A stretch of 64,000 nt of DNA from Mobula hypostoma (GCF_963921235.1 NC_086097.1:135844001-135908000), one strand, 5' to 3'. Shown: positions 12,823 to 25,110, counted from the stretch's first letter. Numbers and translations are program-made. Notes: generated by a model from the sequence alone, not told the origin.

Positions 12823-13295
12823 GTTCAAAGTACATTTGTTATCAAAGTATGTATGCAGTATACAACCCTGAGTTTCGTCTTCCCACAGACAGCCAAGAAA
12901 TAAAGAAAACCATGGAAACTGTTCAAAGTAAAACATCAATCCCCCCCAACACGCACAAAAAGAAACAAATCGTACAACGGCAATGGAAAAAAAGGAATAT
13001 AAAACACAAAATTGGAAGAGTCTAGGCATAGTCAGTTCAGCTCAGCTCAGCTCCTTATCCACAGGCCGCCCCGATTAAAATTGTCCGAAATGGCAACAAA
13101 ATGAAGAGCAACCAGAGACCAGAAACACATCATAACATGACCTACAGAATCCAATTCACAAGCCATGTCGGTTGAACCCTGCCCAAGACCGAGGACTCTG
13201 TCTCCATCCTCTGAGAGCATCGAGGGAGAGAGAGAGGGAGAGCATTCCAATGCAGGGACCTTTCTTCAGGAGCAGCAAGTGAGGTGGGGGGGGTG

Positions 13296-13333
<38 letters not shown>

Positions 13334-13995
13334 GAGAGAGAGGGGGAGAGGGGGAGAGAGGGAGGGGGAGAGGGGGAGAGGGGGAGGGGGGAGGGGGGGG
13401 GAGAGGGGAGAGGGGGAGAGGGGGGAGGGGGAGAGGGGGAGAGAGGGAGGGGGAGAGGGGGAGAGAGGGAGAGAGGGAGGGGGAGAGGGGGAGAGAGGGA
13501 GAGAGGGAGAAAGAGAGAGAGAGAGAGGGGGGGAGAGGGGGAGAGGGGGAGAGAGGGAGAGAGGGAGAAAGAGAGAGAGAGAGAGAGTCACACACAGACA
13601 CCTTCTTCCGGCAGCAGTAAGTGAGAAGCTGGTAGATGACACTGAACACTGGCTTGCTTTCCGCACTCACCTCGATGATTTCAATCTTCCTTAGCACCTT
13701 AGTCTGTGAAATGGGCGAGAAATGGAGTTGATAATTGGCTCACATCCCGTCTCCCGGCTTCTTGGCCTGAAGGTTGCACACTCCGCTGGAAGCCTCACAG
13801 AACCCTCTTGGGGACAGCAAAGCACCAGATCGCTCAATCGGCCTGAAAACACACCAGCAAAATGCAGATCACAGGCTTTAACAGTAGCAGAGCCACGTTT
13901 GAAAGAAAAAGAAGATGTAAAAGAAGTGAACGGTTTTGCGAATCATCTGGAGATTGCCGCCCTTGGTCGCGTTGTTTGCTGGCACCATCTTTTCC
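12823..13995 (-). mobile_element. Non-coding retroposon with AAGATGG 5' end and Rex1-type 3' end
   Basis: Starts GGAAAAGATGGTG at about 13995; ends with TACAACCCTGAG (12861-12872, plus-strand reading) and a TTGAAC tail; no RT. Confidence 0.6.
13283..13587 (+). repeat. Polypurine (GA)n/(GGGGA)n tract
   Basis: About 300 bp almost exclusively G/A on the plus strand. Confidence 0.95.
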
Positions 13996-14049
13996 CGGAA
14001 GTGATCAAGGGATTTCATTGTATCCTGGTGTATATGACAGTAAGTTAAT

Positions 14050-14845
14050 ATGACTTTAAATGTTGACAAAATGAGGTCATCCGCTTTGGAAGGAAAAAAA
14101 TAGAAGATCAGATTATTATCTACATGGTGAAAGACTGAACATGTGGTTGTGCAGAGGTACTTGGGAGTGAATTGTACATGAATCATAAAAGGTAATTTTG
14201 CAGCTGCAGCAGGCTGTGATGAAGGAAAATGCAATGTTTGCCTTCATTGCTAGAGGAACTGAGTTTAAGGGCAGGGAGGTTTGCTGCATCTGTACAGGGT
14301 ACTCTTGAAGCCACTCTTGGCGTACTGCGTGCAGTTCTGGTCTCCTTACTTGAGTAAAGATATACTGGCTCTGGAGATGAAGCAGAGGAGGTTCACAAGG
14401 ATGATTCCAGAGATGAGGGGGTTAGCCTATGAAGAGAGATTGAATTGCCTGAATTTCAAAAGAATGGTAGGGGATCTTATAGAAACATACAAAATGATGA
14501 AAGAGATAATTAAGGTAGAAGCCGCAAAGTCGTTTCCACTGGTAGGTGAGTCTAGAACTAGGGGAGATAGCCTCAAGATTTGGAGATAGATTTAGGATGG
14601 AGATGAGGAGAATAGTGAATCTGTGGAGCTCTCCGCCCAGAGAAGCCGTAGAAGGCACCTCATTAGATATAGTTAAGACACAACTGGATAGAATTTTGCA
14701 TTGCAGGGGTATTAAGGGTTATGGGGGAAAAGTAGGTTAATGGAGCTGATTTTTCAGTCAAATCAGCTATGATATTGAATAACAGAGGTGACTCAATGGG
14801 TCAGATGGTCTATACCTGCTCCTATTTATTTTGTTCTTGTGCTCT
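14050..14845 (+). mobile_element. CR1 LINE 3' fragment
   Basis: YCVQFWSPYL, QRRFTRMIP and GDLIETYK motifs (ORF 14281-14589). Confidence 0.88.
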
Positions 14846-15182
14846 TGTCAATCTGAATCTGTTGCTGCCAGAGATCGCCTCTAAATTACACACATGGACC
14901 AAACAACAGATATAGTGCCTGATGATAGAAGCGATCTGAATATAAGGTATGCCTGAGCATTGGCTGTTAGCTGGTTAATGATATCAGACATCTGAGAAAC
15001 AAGTCACTGACCAAGTCCACAGCTGAACTCAGGTTGAAATTCTGGAGTATCTCAATCCTACCTAGGAGTCAGCATTATCACATTCCAATCCATAACTGCT
15101 CATTTCCAGACACTGTAAAATGCAGCCTGATTTCCTAGACCAACATTTGTCCTCATCTTGCCTGTTCTGTTTTGCCAGTTAC

Positions 15183-15442
15183 CTCTGGGCATTTGGGTTC
15201 TTGCCAGAGAAAGTCGCTCTGCATGCCCAAATGTTTCTTGGTTTTTGAGACACAAAATTCATTATTGTAATTCCTTCAATGTTGCCTTCAGTGAGACCAG
15301 TGCAGTCCCAAAACCAGAAGATGCAACCTTTCCAATCAAGATAGAGCAGCCTCATCACAACCAGTACGTTCATTTAGAGGGAGGTGTCCTGACCTTTTAA
15401 CCATTTAAATGGTCCATAACTGGTGGAGTTACTGAACAAATC
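15183..15442 (-). pseudogene. 260-nt exon remnant with one in-frame stop
   Basis: Acceptor CCTCTTCCTAG (AG 15443-15444); donor GTAACT (15177-15182); reads DLFSNSTSYGPFKWLKGQDTSL*MNVLVVM..CTGLTEGNIEGITIMNF..NPNAQ; TAA at 15374-15376. Confidence 0.55.
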
Positions 15443-16451
15443 CTAGGAAGAGGTTAAAGTATGAGCAAAAATATTTATTTTCACAATGGAACCATAATTC
15501 TAAACTATTCTGACACTTTCCTGCATTATCTCTTACTGGAGAGAACTGTCAAAGGGTTAAACTAGGTCAGAGTGCAGAGAACGCCAGTATCCATGTTACA
15601 ATTCAACTTGAACGAAATGCTTTTGACCTATCATCACCTGTGTTTCCTCTCCTGTGTTGACTACCAGACCATCCCTCCCCCTCTCCCTGTCTCTACCTCT
15701 TGTTTGAAGCATTCCTTTGGTTAGGTTTTTGGTCACATCTGGTTATCTCTTCACGTAAACTGGTATTCATTTATCTTTGCTGAGGTCCTGGGGATGATTA
15801 GTCAATGGAGCTGTTGATAACTCAGTTTCCTTTGCTTCCACAGGAGGCTTCACCTCTCCTGAATGAGGAGTGGCATAAACAGTGCTGGAGATGGGAGATG
15901 GGGGTCTCACTTCAAACTGGATGGAGGAGATTTACGAGCAGATCCTTCAGCCAAACATCTTGGTGGTGTGGCCACAGCGCAGAGTTCCTGATCGTTGCAG
16001 GACCCACTCAAACTCAAAAACAAAGTTGAGTTTATTGTCATATGCACAAGTACATGTAAGCACAGGTACAAAAATAAAGTCGCTTGCAGCAACATCACAG
16101 GAACACAGCATCATATAAACAGCATACACAAAAACTCATAAGTTAAGTACAAATAAAACTTTTTTTTACAAAAAAGAACACAATTAGAACAGAACAAAAA
16201 CAAAGTGCATTGTAGTGCGAAGTAGTCCACGTGTTGCTAAACTGTAGTGATTAAGGTTTTGCTGGTTGGTTCAAGAACCTAATAGTTGAAGGGAAGTAAC
16301 TGTTCTTGAATCTGGTGGTGAGGACCTTCTTTACCTCCTGCCTGATGCGGATGATATTAACATAGAAACATAGAAAATAGGTGCAGGAGTAGGCCATTCG
16401 GCCCTTCGAGCCTGCACCGCCATTTATTATGATCATGGCTGATCATCCAAC

Positions 16452-19400
16452 TCAGAACCACGCCCCAGCCTTCCCTCCATACCCCTTGACCCCTGTAGCC
16501 ACAAGGGCCATACCTAACTCCCTCTTAAACATAGCCAATGAACTGGCCTCAACAGTTTGCTGTGGCAGAGAATTGAACAGATTCACCACTCTCTGTGTGA
16601 AGAAGTTTTTCCTAATCTTGGTCCTAAAAGGCTTCCCCTCTATCCTCAGACTGTGACCCCTCGTTCTGGACTTCCCCAACATCGGGATCAATCTTCCTGC
16701 ATCTAGCCTGTCCAATCCCTTTAGGATCTTATACGTTTCAATCAGATCCCCCCTCAATCTTCTAAATTCCAACGAGTACAAGCCCAGTTGATCCAGTCTT
16801 TCTTCATATGAAAGTCCTGCCATCCCAGGAATCAATCTGGTGAACCTTCTTTGTACTCCCTCTATGGCAAAGATGTCTTTCCTCAGATTAGGGGACCAAA
16901 ACTGCACACAATACTCCAGGTGTGGTCTCACCAAGGCCTTGTACAACTGCAGTAGTACCTCCCTGCTCCTGTACTCGAATCCTCTCGCTATAAATGCCAG
17001 CATACCATTCGCCTTTTTCACTGCCTGCTGTACCTGCATGCCCACTTTCAATGACTGGTGTATAATGACACCCAGGTCTCGTTTCACCTCCCCTTTTCCT
17101 AATCGGCCACTATTCAGATAATAATCTGTTTTCCTATTTTTGCCACCAAAGTGGATAACTTCACATTTATCCACATTAAATTTCATCTGCCATGAGTTTG
17201 CCCACTCACCCAACCTATCCAAGTCACCCTGCATCCTCTTAGCATCCTCCTCACTGCTAACACTGCCGCCCAGCTTCGTGTCATCCGCAAACTTGGAGAT
17301 GCTGCATTTAATTCCCTCATCCAAGTCATTAATATATATTGTAAACAACTGGGGTCCCAGCACTGAGCCTTGCGGTACCCCACTAGTCACCGCCTGCCAT
17401 TCTGAAAAGGTCCCGTTTATTCCCACTCTTTGCTTCCTGTCTGCTAACCAATTCTCCACCCACACCAATACCTTACCCCCAATACCGTGTGCTTTAAGTT
17501 TGCACACTAATCTCCTGTGTGGGACCTTGTCAAAAGCCTTTTGAAAATCCAAATATACCACATCCACTGGTTCTCCCCTATCCACTCTACTAGTTACATC
17601 CTCAAAAAATTCTATGAGATTCGTCAGACATGATTTTCCTTTCACAAATCCATGCTGACTTTGTCTGATCATTTCTCCGCTTTCCAAATGTGCTGCTATC
17701 ACATCCTTGATAACTGACTCCAGCAGTTTCCCCACCACCGACGTTAGGCTAACCGGTCTATAATTCCCCGGTTTCTCTCTCCCTCCTTTTTTAAAAATTG
17801 GGGTTACATTAGCCACCCTCCAATCCTCAGGAATTAGTCTAGAATCTAACGAGTTTTGAAAAATTATCACTAATGCATCCACTATTTCTTGGGCTACTTC
17901 CTTAAGCACTCTAGGATGCAGACCATCTGGCCCTGGGGATTTATCTGCCTTCAATCCCTTCAATTTACCTAACACCACTTCCCTACTAACATGTATTTCC
18001 CTCAGTTTCTCCATCTCACTGGACCCTCTGTCCCTTACTATTTCTGGAAGATTATTTATGTCCTCCTTAGTGAAGACAGAACCAAAGTAATTATTCAATT
18101 GGTCTGCCATGTCCTTGCTCCCCATAATCAATTCACCTGTTTCTGTCTGCAGGGGACCTACATTTGTCTTTACCAGTCTTTTCCTTTTTACATATCTATA
18201 AAAGCTTTTACAGTCCGTTTTTATGTTCTCTGCCAGTTTTCTCTCATAATCTTTTTTCCCCTTCCTAATTAAGCCCTTTGTCCTCCTCTGCTGAACTCTG
18301 AATTTCTCCCAGTCCTCAGGTGAGCCACTTTCTCTGGCTAATTTGTATACTACTTCTTTGGAATTGATACTATCCCTAATTTCTCTTGTCAGCCACGGGT
18401 GCACTACCTTCCTTTGATTTATTCTTTTGCCAAACTGGGATGAACAATTGTTGTAGTTCATCCATGCAACCTATAAATGCTTGCCATTGCATATCCACCG
18501 TCAATCCTTTAAGTGTCATTTGCCAGTCTATGTTAGCTAATTCACGTCTCATACCTTCAAAGTTACCCCTCTTTAAGTTCAGAACCTTTGTTTCTGAATT
18601 AACTATGTCACTCTCCATATTAATGAAGAATTCCACCATATTATGGTCACTCTTACCCAAGGGGCCTCTCACGACAAGATCGCTAATTAACCCTTCCTCA
18701 TTGCTCAAAACCCAGTCCAGAATAGCCTGCTCTCTAGTTGGTTCCTCGACATGTTGGTTCAAAAAACCATCCCGCATACATTCCAAGAAATCCTCTTCCT
18801 CAGCACCTTTACCAATTTGGTTCACCCAGTCTACATGTAGATTGAAGTCACCCATTATAACTGCTGTTCCTTTATTGCACACATTTCTAATTTCCTGTTT
18901 AATACCATCTCCGACCTCACTACTACTGTTAGGTGGCCTGTACACAACTCCCACCAGTGTCTTCTGCCCCTTAGTGTTACGCAGCTCTACCCATATCGAT
19001 TCCACATCTTCCCGGCTTATGTCCTTCCTTTCTATTGCGTTAATCTCTTCTTTAACCAGCAACGCCACCCCACCTCCCCTTCCTTCATGTCTATCCCTCC
19101 TGAATATTGAATATCCCTGAACGTTGAGCTCCCATCCCTGGTCACCCTGGAGCCATGTCTCTGTGATCCCAACTATATCATAATCATTAATAACAATCTG
19201 CACTTTGAATTCATCCACCTTATTACGAATGCTCCTTGCATTGACACACAAAGCCTTCAGGCGCTCTTTTACAACTCTCTTAGCCCTTGTACAATTATGT
19301 TGAAAAGTGGCCCTTTTTAATGCTTGCCCTGGATTTGTCGGCCCGCCACTTTTACTTTTCTCCTTTGTACTTTTTGCTTCTATGCTCACTTTACACCCCT

Positions 19401-19485
19401 CTGTCTCTCTGCACTGGTTCCCATCCCTCTGTTGTGAACTAACCTCCTCATGCCTAGCCTCTTTAATTTGATTCCCACCCCCCAA
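16452..19485 (-). CDS. CR1 ORF2: APE endonuclease plus reverse transcriptase, single frameshift at about 18415
   Basis: NARS, GITETW, GDFN and SDH (18376-19485); PGPDG, YRPVSLTS, DFQKAFDKV, QGSVLGP and FADD (16452-18461). Confidence 0.95.
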
Positions 19486-19491
19486 CCATTC

Positions 19492-20449
19492 TAGTTTAAA
19501 GTCACCTCAGTAGCCCCCGCTAATCTCCCCGCCAGGATATTGGTCACCCTACACAAAAGTGTAACCCATCCTTTTTGTACAGGTCACGCCTGTGCCAAAA
19601 GAGGTCCCAATGATCCAAAAACTTGAATCCCTGCCCCCTGCTCCAATCCCTCAGCCACGCATTTATCCTCCACCTCATCGCATTCCTACTCTCACTGTCG
19701 CGTGGCACAGGCAGTAATCCCGAGATTACTACCTTTGCAGTCCTTTTTCTCAACTCCCTTCCTAGCTCCCTATATTCTCCTTTCAGGACCTCATCCCTTT
19801 TCCTACCTATGTCATTGGTACCTATATGTACCACGACCTCTCGCTCCTCACCCTCCCACTTCAGGATATCTTGGACACGATCAGAAATATCCTGGACCCT
19901 GGCACCAGGGAGGCAAACTACCATCCGGGTCTCTGGACTGCGTCCACAGAATCGCCTATCTGACCCCCTTACTATCGAGTCCCCTATCACAACTGCCCTC
20001 CTCTTCCTTGCCCTACCCTTCTGAGCTACAGGGCCAGACTCTGTGCCGGAGGCACGGCCACTGTTGCTTCCCCCGGGTAAGCTGTCCCCCCCAACAGTAC
20101 TCAAACAGGAGTACCTGTTGTTAAGGGGCACAGCCACCGGGGTACTCCCCATCACCTGCCTTTTCCCCTTCCCCCTCCTAACCGTGACCCACTTATCTGC
20201 CTCCCGTGGCCCTGGCGTGACGACCTGCCTTCCACTCCTCTCTATCACCTCCTCGCTCTCCCTGACCAGACGAAGGTCATCGAGCTGCAGCTCCAGTTCC
20301 GTAATGCGGTCCCTTAGGAGCTGCATCTCGATGCACTTGGCGCAGATGTAGACGTCCGGGAGGCTTGGAGACTCCAGGGCCTCCCACATCTGACACCGAG
20401 AACAGCAAACTGCCCTCACACTCATAATGCCCCTCTCCTCAAATAGCAA
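19492..20449 (-). CDS. CR1 ORF1: zinc finger/leucine zipper plus SGNH esterase; 1-nt frameshift near the C-terminus (about 19550)
   Basis: CSRC..CAKC, LELQLDDL, VIGDSIVR, HIGTND and DGLH; natural end TNILAGRLAGATEVTLN* lies in a shifted frame. Confidence 0.9.
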
Positions 20450-21733
20450 CAGAAAATGAATGTCAAACCTTCCTCGCCTCGCCCGCTTCCGCCTAAGCCC
20501 GTTGAGCCGAAGCCCTTAAGTCTTCACTGTGCTCCCGGCTCACTCCGCCGCCCGCAAACTACGCTGCCCGCTCTATGAGGCTTTGTTCCTTTTAAATCTG
20601 CCGCGCTGCACTGCCCGACGTCACACGCCTGCGCAGTCCCGCCTCTCAGAAAGCCGTTGGAGAAAAAAAATAACGAAAATTTCAAAAATCTCTTTCTCGG
20701 CACTCCCACTCAGACTCTCAGACTCCTTCTTCGAATCAAACCCGAAGCAGGATGATGGGGATCTTTGATGCAGAACGTTCCCTTCTTGAGAGACCACCTC
20801 CTGTAGGTACCACTGATGGTAGAGAGAGACGTGCCCGTGATGTATTTTGCAGAGTCTACTGCTCTCTAGTCACCATCCATTCATGCAACCTCCAACCAAT
20901 CAGAATTGGCCGCTGTAAGCTGGAAGGCAAAGACAGCAACGTGTGGTCCTCCACGTCTACCCGCATCCATATTGTGGAGTGCTGTTCTTCTGGAGAAGGT
21001 TGAAGCAAGTCCAGTGAAGAGCTAGCCACTCCCCCAGCCATCATGTGCACTCCCAGCCTAACACAGGATCAATACTGTAACACGATCTCAGGATCTGTCT
21101 AAGTCCAAGATTTGCAACTGGTCAGAATGATGGCTCCCAGCTGCTAACTGTTGAACCAAAATCAAGACTTTTAATGCATGACAGCAAGATCACAATCACA
21201 ATTCCTGGTGGAGCCATTTTTAAATAAGTTAATGTAGCAAACTGGTTTTCAAGTAAAGTACTATTCAGGGATAAAAGAAATTATTTCTAGTCCCTGGACA
21301 AACAGAGCAACACAGTTCCCAGACCTCATTAGAAAAAAAAAGAATTGAAATCTTGTCAAATGTGTGGAGTCTGGAGGATTTCAATAGCACTACTGTAGAG
21401 CAGTTTTGAAAGCAGTAGCAGGGATGTGTCTGCCCTGGAGACAATCTGTTGTACAGGAGCGTCTCTCCTATTATCTCCTCCACATCAAACTCAAGCAGCA
21501 CCACCCCCGAGGCTGACTAACATTTTTCCGATAATTGCAAAAATAGCTGAAGAAAATATAAGGACCCTACTCAAGTTTTACAAAGTTGAACGTGAGAAGT
21601 GTAATTTTCACTGACTCCACAAAGCTTATAAGTCGTTTGTCTTTTGAAATTTGTTGCATCACATGCCTGGGAGCATTTAAATGAGTCTACAGCTAACATG
21701 GTGAATGAGAGCCATCAAACATAGCACCGACTT

Positions 21734-22300
21734 ACACTCAGTGACCATTCTTACTTTAGTAGGTACCTCCTGTACCTAATAAAGTGGCCACTGAGTGTAT
21801 GTTTGTGGTCTTCTGCTGCTGTAGCCCGTCCACTTCAGGGTTAGACATGCTATGTACCCGGAGATGCTCCTTTGCACCACTGTTATAATGCATGGTTATT
21901 TAAGTTACTGTCGTCTTCCTGTCAGCTTGAACCAGCCCGGCCATTCTCCTCTGACCTTTCTCATTTACAAGGCACTTTAGTCCACAGAACCACCACCCAC
22001 AGGTTTTTTTTTTTGTTTTTCGCAGCATTCTCTGTACACTCTAGAGACTGCTGTGTATAAAAATTCCAGGAGATCAGCAGTTTCTGAGGTACTCAAACCA
22101 CCCCATCTGGCACCAACAATCATTTTTGGGTCAAAGTTGCTTAGATCAAATTTCTTCCCCATTCTGATGCTTGCTTTGAACAATGACTGAACCTCTTGGC
22201 CATGTCTGCATGTTTTTATGCATTGAGTTGCTGCCACATGACTGGCTGATTGGATATTTGCATTAATGAGCAGGTATACTGGTGTATCTGAATGTATTGC
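21734..22300 (-). mobile_element. Non-autonomous Tc1/mariner derivative carrying the transposase N-terminus
   Basis: TA-CACTCAGTG..CACTGAGTG-TA mini-palindrome at 21734-21799; MGKKFDLSNFDPKMIVGARWGGLSTSETADLL HTH in ORF 21977-22237. Confidence 0.75.
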
Positions 22301-22518
22301 ACCATCTTCATTGATGTAGAGCTGCAGAGGAACAGTCCAATAGGCCCATTAGCTCCTACGACTTTGTATCCTTCTCCTTCAAACCCCCAATGCTTCCCTC
22401 TCCACACCTTCTACCAATCCTTCCTCATCTAAGACTCTCTGGCTGTCCCTCGAAATCACTGCAACACTTTCAGTGTGCTGGATGAACTCAGCAGGTCAGG
22501 CAGCATGTTAGAAACGAT

Positions 22519-22556
22519 GAGTCAACGTTTCGGGCCGGAACCCTTCGTCAGGACTG
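22519..22556 (-). ncRNA. Minimal type I hammerhead ribozyme motif
   Basis: CAGTC-CTGACGA-AGGGTTCCGGCCC-GAAAC-GTT-GACTC: intact core, stem I AGTC/GACT, stem II GGG/CCC, palindromic AACGTT in place of stem III. Confidence 0.8.
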
Positions 22557-22762
22557 AAGAATGAAAGATGGGGAAGGATTTGAAGAATGCTTGTAGCTTC
22601 AGTTGAAAGACCAGTAATTTGAAAGACAAAGGGGTGGGGGAGGGGAAGCATTGACGTCATAACCCTGAAAACAATAGGTAGTAGACGAAGGAGGCGGAAC
22701 CATGAGGGAGCTGGGGGAGGGGGTAGAGTGAAATAGGGATAGAGGAAGGGAGGGGGAGGGAA

Positions 22763-24590
22763 TTACCGGAAGTTGGAGAATTCTATGTTCATACCAAAGG
22801 GCTGGAGACTACCTAGATGGTATATGAGGTGTTGCTCCTCCAACCTGAGTTTAGCCTCATCATGGCAGTAGGAGAGGCCATGTATGGACATATCTGAATG
22901 GGAATGAGAAGCAGAGTTGAAGTGGGTGGCTACCGGGAGATCCTGTCTGCTGTGGCGGACAGAGTGGAGGTGCTCGACGAAGCGGTCCCCCAATCTGCGT
23001 CGGGTTTCACTGATGTAGAGAAGGCCGCACCGGGAGCACCGGATGCAATAGATGACCCCAACAGACTCACAAGTGAAGTGTTGTCTCACCTGGAAGGACT
23101 GTTTGGGGCCCTGAATGGTGGCAAGGGAGGAGGTGTAGGGACAGGTGTAGCACTTACGCTTACAGGGATGAGTGCCGGGTGGGAGATCTGTGGGGATGGA
23201 CGTGCGGATAAGGGAGTCACGGAGGGAACGATCCCTGCGGAAAGCGGAGAGCGGCAGAGAGGGAAAGATGTGCTTAGTGGTGGGGTCCTGTTGAAGGTGG
23301 CGGAAGTTGCGGAGGATAATGTGCTGGATCTGGAGGCTGGTGGGGTGGTATGTAAGGACAAGGGGAACTCTGTCCCTGGTGTGGTTGCGGGAGGATGGGG
23401 TGAGGGCCAAAGTGCGGGAAATGGAGGAGATGCGGGTTAGGGTATCATTGATGACGGTAGAAGGGAAACCATGATCCTTAAAGAAAGAGGACATTTGAGG
23501 TGTCCTGGAACGGGAAACCTCATCCTCGGAGCAGATGCGGTGGAGATGGAGGAACTGGGAATAGGGAGTGGCATTTTTGCATGTGGTGGGCTGGGAAGAG
23601 GTATAGTCGAGGTAGCTATGAGAGTCAGTGGGCTTGTAGAAGATGTCAGTGGACAGTCTGTCTCCAGAAATGGAGACCGAGACATCAAGAAAGGGGAGAG
23701 AAGTGTCCGAGATAGACCAAGTGAATTTGAGGGCTGGGTGGAAGTTTGAAGTAAAGTTGATGAAATTGACGAGCTCAGCATGGGTGCAGGAAGCAGCACC
23801 AATGTAGTCGTCAATGTACCGAAGGAAAAGTTGGGGAACAGTACCAGAATAGGTCTGGAGCATAGACTGTTCCACATAACCAACGAAGAGGCAGGTGTAG
23901 CTGGGTCTCGTGCGAGTTCCCATAGCTACACCCTTAGTCTGAAGAAAATGGGAAGAGCCAAAAGAGAAGTTATTAAGTGTGAGAACCAGTTCGAACAACC
24001 GGAGGAGGGTAGTGGTGGTGGGGAACTGGTGAGGTCAATTATCCAGGAAGTAGCGGAGGGCTTTGAGGCCTTCTTGATGGGGAATGGAGGTGTATAAGAA
24101 TTGGACATCCATAGTAAAAATGTAGCAGTTGAAACCAGGGAATTGGAAGTTATTGAAAAGGTGGAGGGCATGGGATGTATCCTGGATGTAGGAGGGGAGG
24201 GACTGAACTATGGGTGACAAAATGGAGTCCAGGTACGCAGATACAAGTTCGGTGGAACAGGAGCAGGCAGAAACTATGGGTCTACCGGGACAGTCAGGCT
24301 TGTGTATCTTTGGGAGGAGGTAAAACTGAGCGGTACAGGGTGTGGGAATAATGAGTTTAGCGGCTGAGGATGGAAGGTCTCTGGAGTTGATAAGGGCAGT
24401 TATGGTGTGGGAGACAATGGTTTGATGTTCTTTGGTGGGGTCCTGTTCCGGTGGTAAGTAAGAGGACGTGTCAGAGAGCTGCCGTTTTGCCTCAGTGAGG
24501 TAGAGGTCCCTCCGCCAGACTACTACAGCACCACCTTTGTCAGCAGGTTTGATGGTGAGGTTGGAATTAGTGCGGAGAGAGTGGAGGGCA
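22763..24590 (-). CDS. Penelope RT + Cys linker + GIY-YIG endonuclease (5'-truncated, one in-frame TGA at 24035-24037)
   Basis: IKPADKG, YLLPKIHK, GRPIVS, MDVQFLYT, GVAMG, RYIDD, CKRKCYTC and VIYCIRCSRCGLLYISET..RFVEH. Confidence 0.93.
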
Positions 24591-24720
24591 TTCTACTACC
24601 CATTGTTTTCAGGGCTATGATGTCAATGCTTCCCCTCCCCCATCCCTTTGTCTTTCAAATTACTGGTCTTTCAACTGAAGCTACAAGCATTCTTCAAATC
24701 CTTCCCCATCTTTCATTCTT

Positions 24721-24758
24721 CAGTCCTGACGAAGGGTTCCGGCCCGAAACGTTGACTC
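24721..24758 (+). ncRNA. Minimal type I hammerhead ribozyme motif
   Basis: Identical 38-nt motif in the inverted pLTR. Confidence 0.8.
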
Positions 24759-24867
24759 ATTGTTTCTAACTGATGCTGCCCGACCTGCTGAGTTCATCCA
24801 GCGTACTGAAACTGTTGCTTTGATCACAGCATCTGCAGATTATTTTGTGTTTACCTCGGAATCACTG

Positions 24868-25110
24868 ATGATTCACATCCCTCAGTTCCATGGGTTCCAG
24901 TAAGGGCAATGAGGGAACTACAGATGGGGCTGGAGGGGTCAGCCTGGGAGCGTGGGTAGTTTGGTAAGTGGTCCCTTCCTTCCTTCTGCCACCAAAGGGC
25001 CTGTCCTTCTTGCCATCCTGAATGCTCCTTCTTCACTTTGATCCAAAGATATCCACTCCTCTGGGGAATTTTAAGTGCATTCTTGAATCTTTTCCTCTGT
25101 TCCCTTGACA
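24868..25110 (-). mobile_element. Old RTE-clade LINE 3' end (target of the Penelope insertion; continues at about 22435-22447)
   Basis: EQRKRFKNALK..RRSIQDG..decayed terminal Zn-finger; 3' motif GATTCCGAGGGACAGCC restored across the TSD. Confidence 0.6.

Larger units (their letters stand above)
16359..20749 (-). mobile_element. Full-length young CR1 (HER1-like) LINE
   Basis: CpG-rich 5' UTR (about 20450-20749), ORF1, ORF2 and (TTTCTATG)n tail; candidate TSD GGATGAT at 16349-16355 and 20750-20756. Confidence 0.95.
16005..20868 (-). mobile_element. Rex1-type 3' fragment (16005-16355 plus 20750-20868) split by the CR1
   Basis: RFKNSYFPSTIRFLN at 16260-16320; upstream IKDPHH coding resumes at 20750-20770. 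Confidence 0.75.
15697..21546 (-). pseudogene. Large coding segment(s) (about 21546-20870 and 16005-15697) split by a Rex1 fragment that itself hosts a full-length CR1
   Basis: Acceptor TTTTCTTCAG (AG 21547-21548); donor GTAGAG (15691-15696); fragments VLLEFDVEEIIGETLLYNRLSPGQTHPCYCFQ, STVSSW, RLGVHMMAGGVASSSLDLLQPS..LLSLPSSLQRPIL, NSALWPHHQDVWL..SHLQHCLCHS and SLREEITRC. Confidence 0.4.
22462..24853 (-). mobile_element. Penelope-like element (Neptune-type architecture), 5'-truncated, with inverted pseudo-LTR
   Basis: Inverted arms 22462-22685 / 24592-24817; TSD CCTCG(A/G)AATCACTG at 22448-22461 and 24854-24867; RT plus GIY-YIG ORF. Confidence 0.95.

Noticed and set aside
13142..13697. Overlapping 136-174 aa ORFs (ER/G-rich and SLP-rich)
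   Set aside because: Translations of the polypurine tract
16840..20351. Plus-strand ORFs of 93-244 aa
   Set aside because: Antisense shadows of CR1 ORF1/ORF2
22462..24817. Long inverted repeats read as DNA-transposon TIRs
   Set aside because: Internal ORF is RT+GIY-YIG, the arms are asymmetric and the TSD is 14 bp, which fits an inverted Penelope pLTR
24851..25105. Open minus-strand frame as a host exon
   Set aside because: Matches the RTE LINE C-terminus (QRKRFKxxLK) and its 3' end
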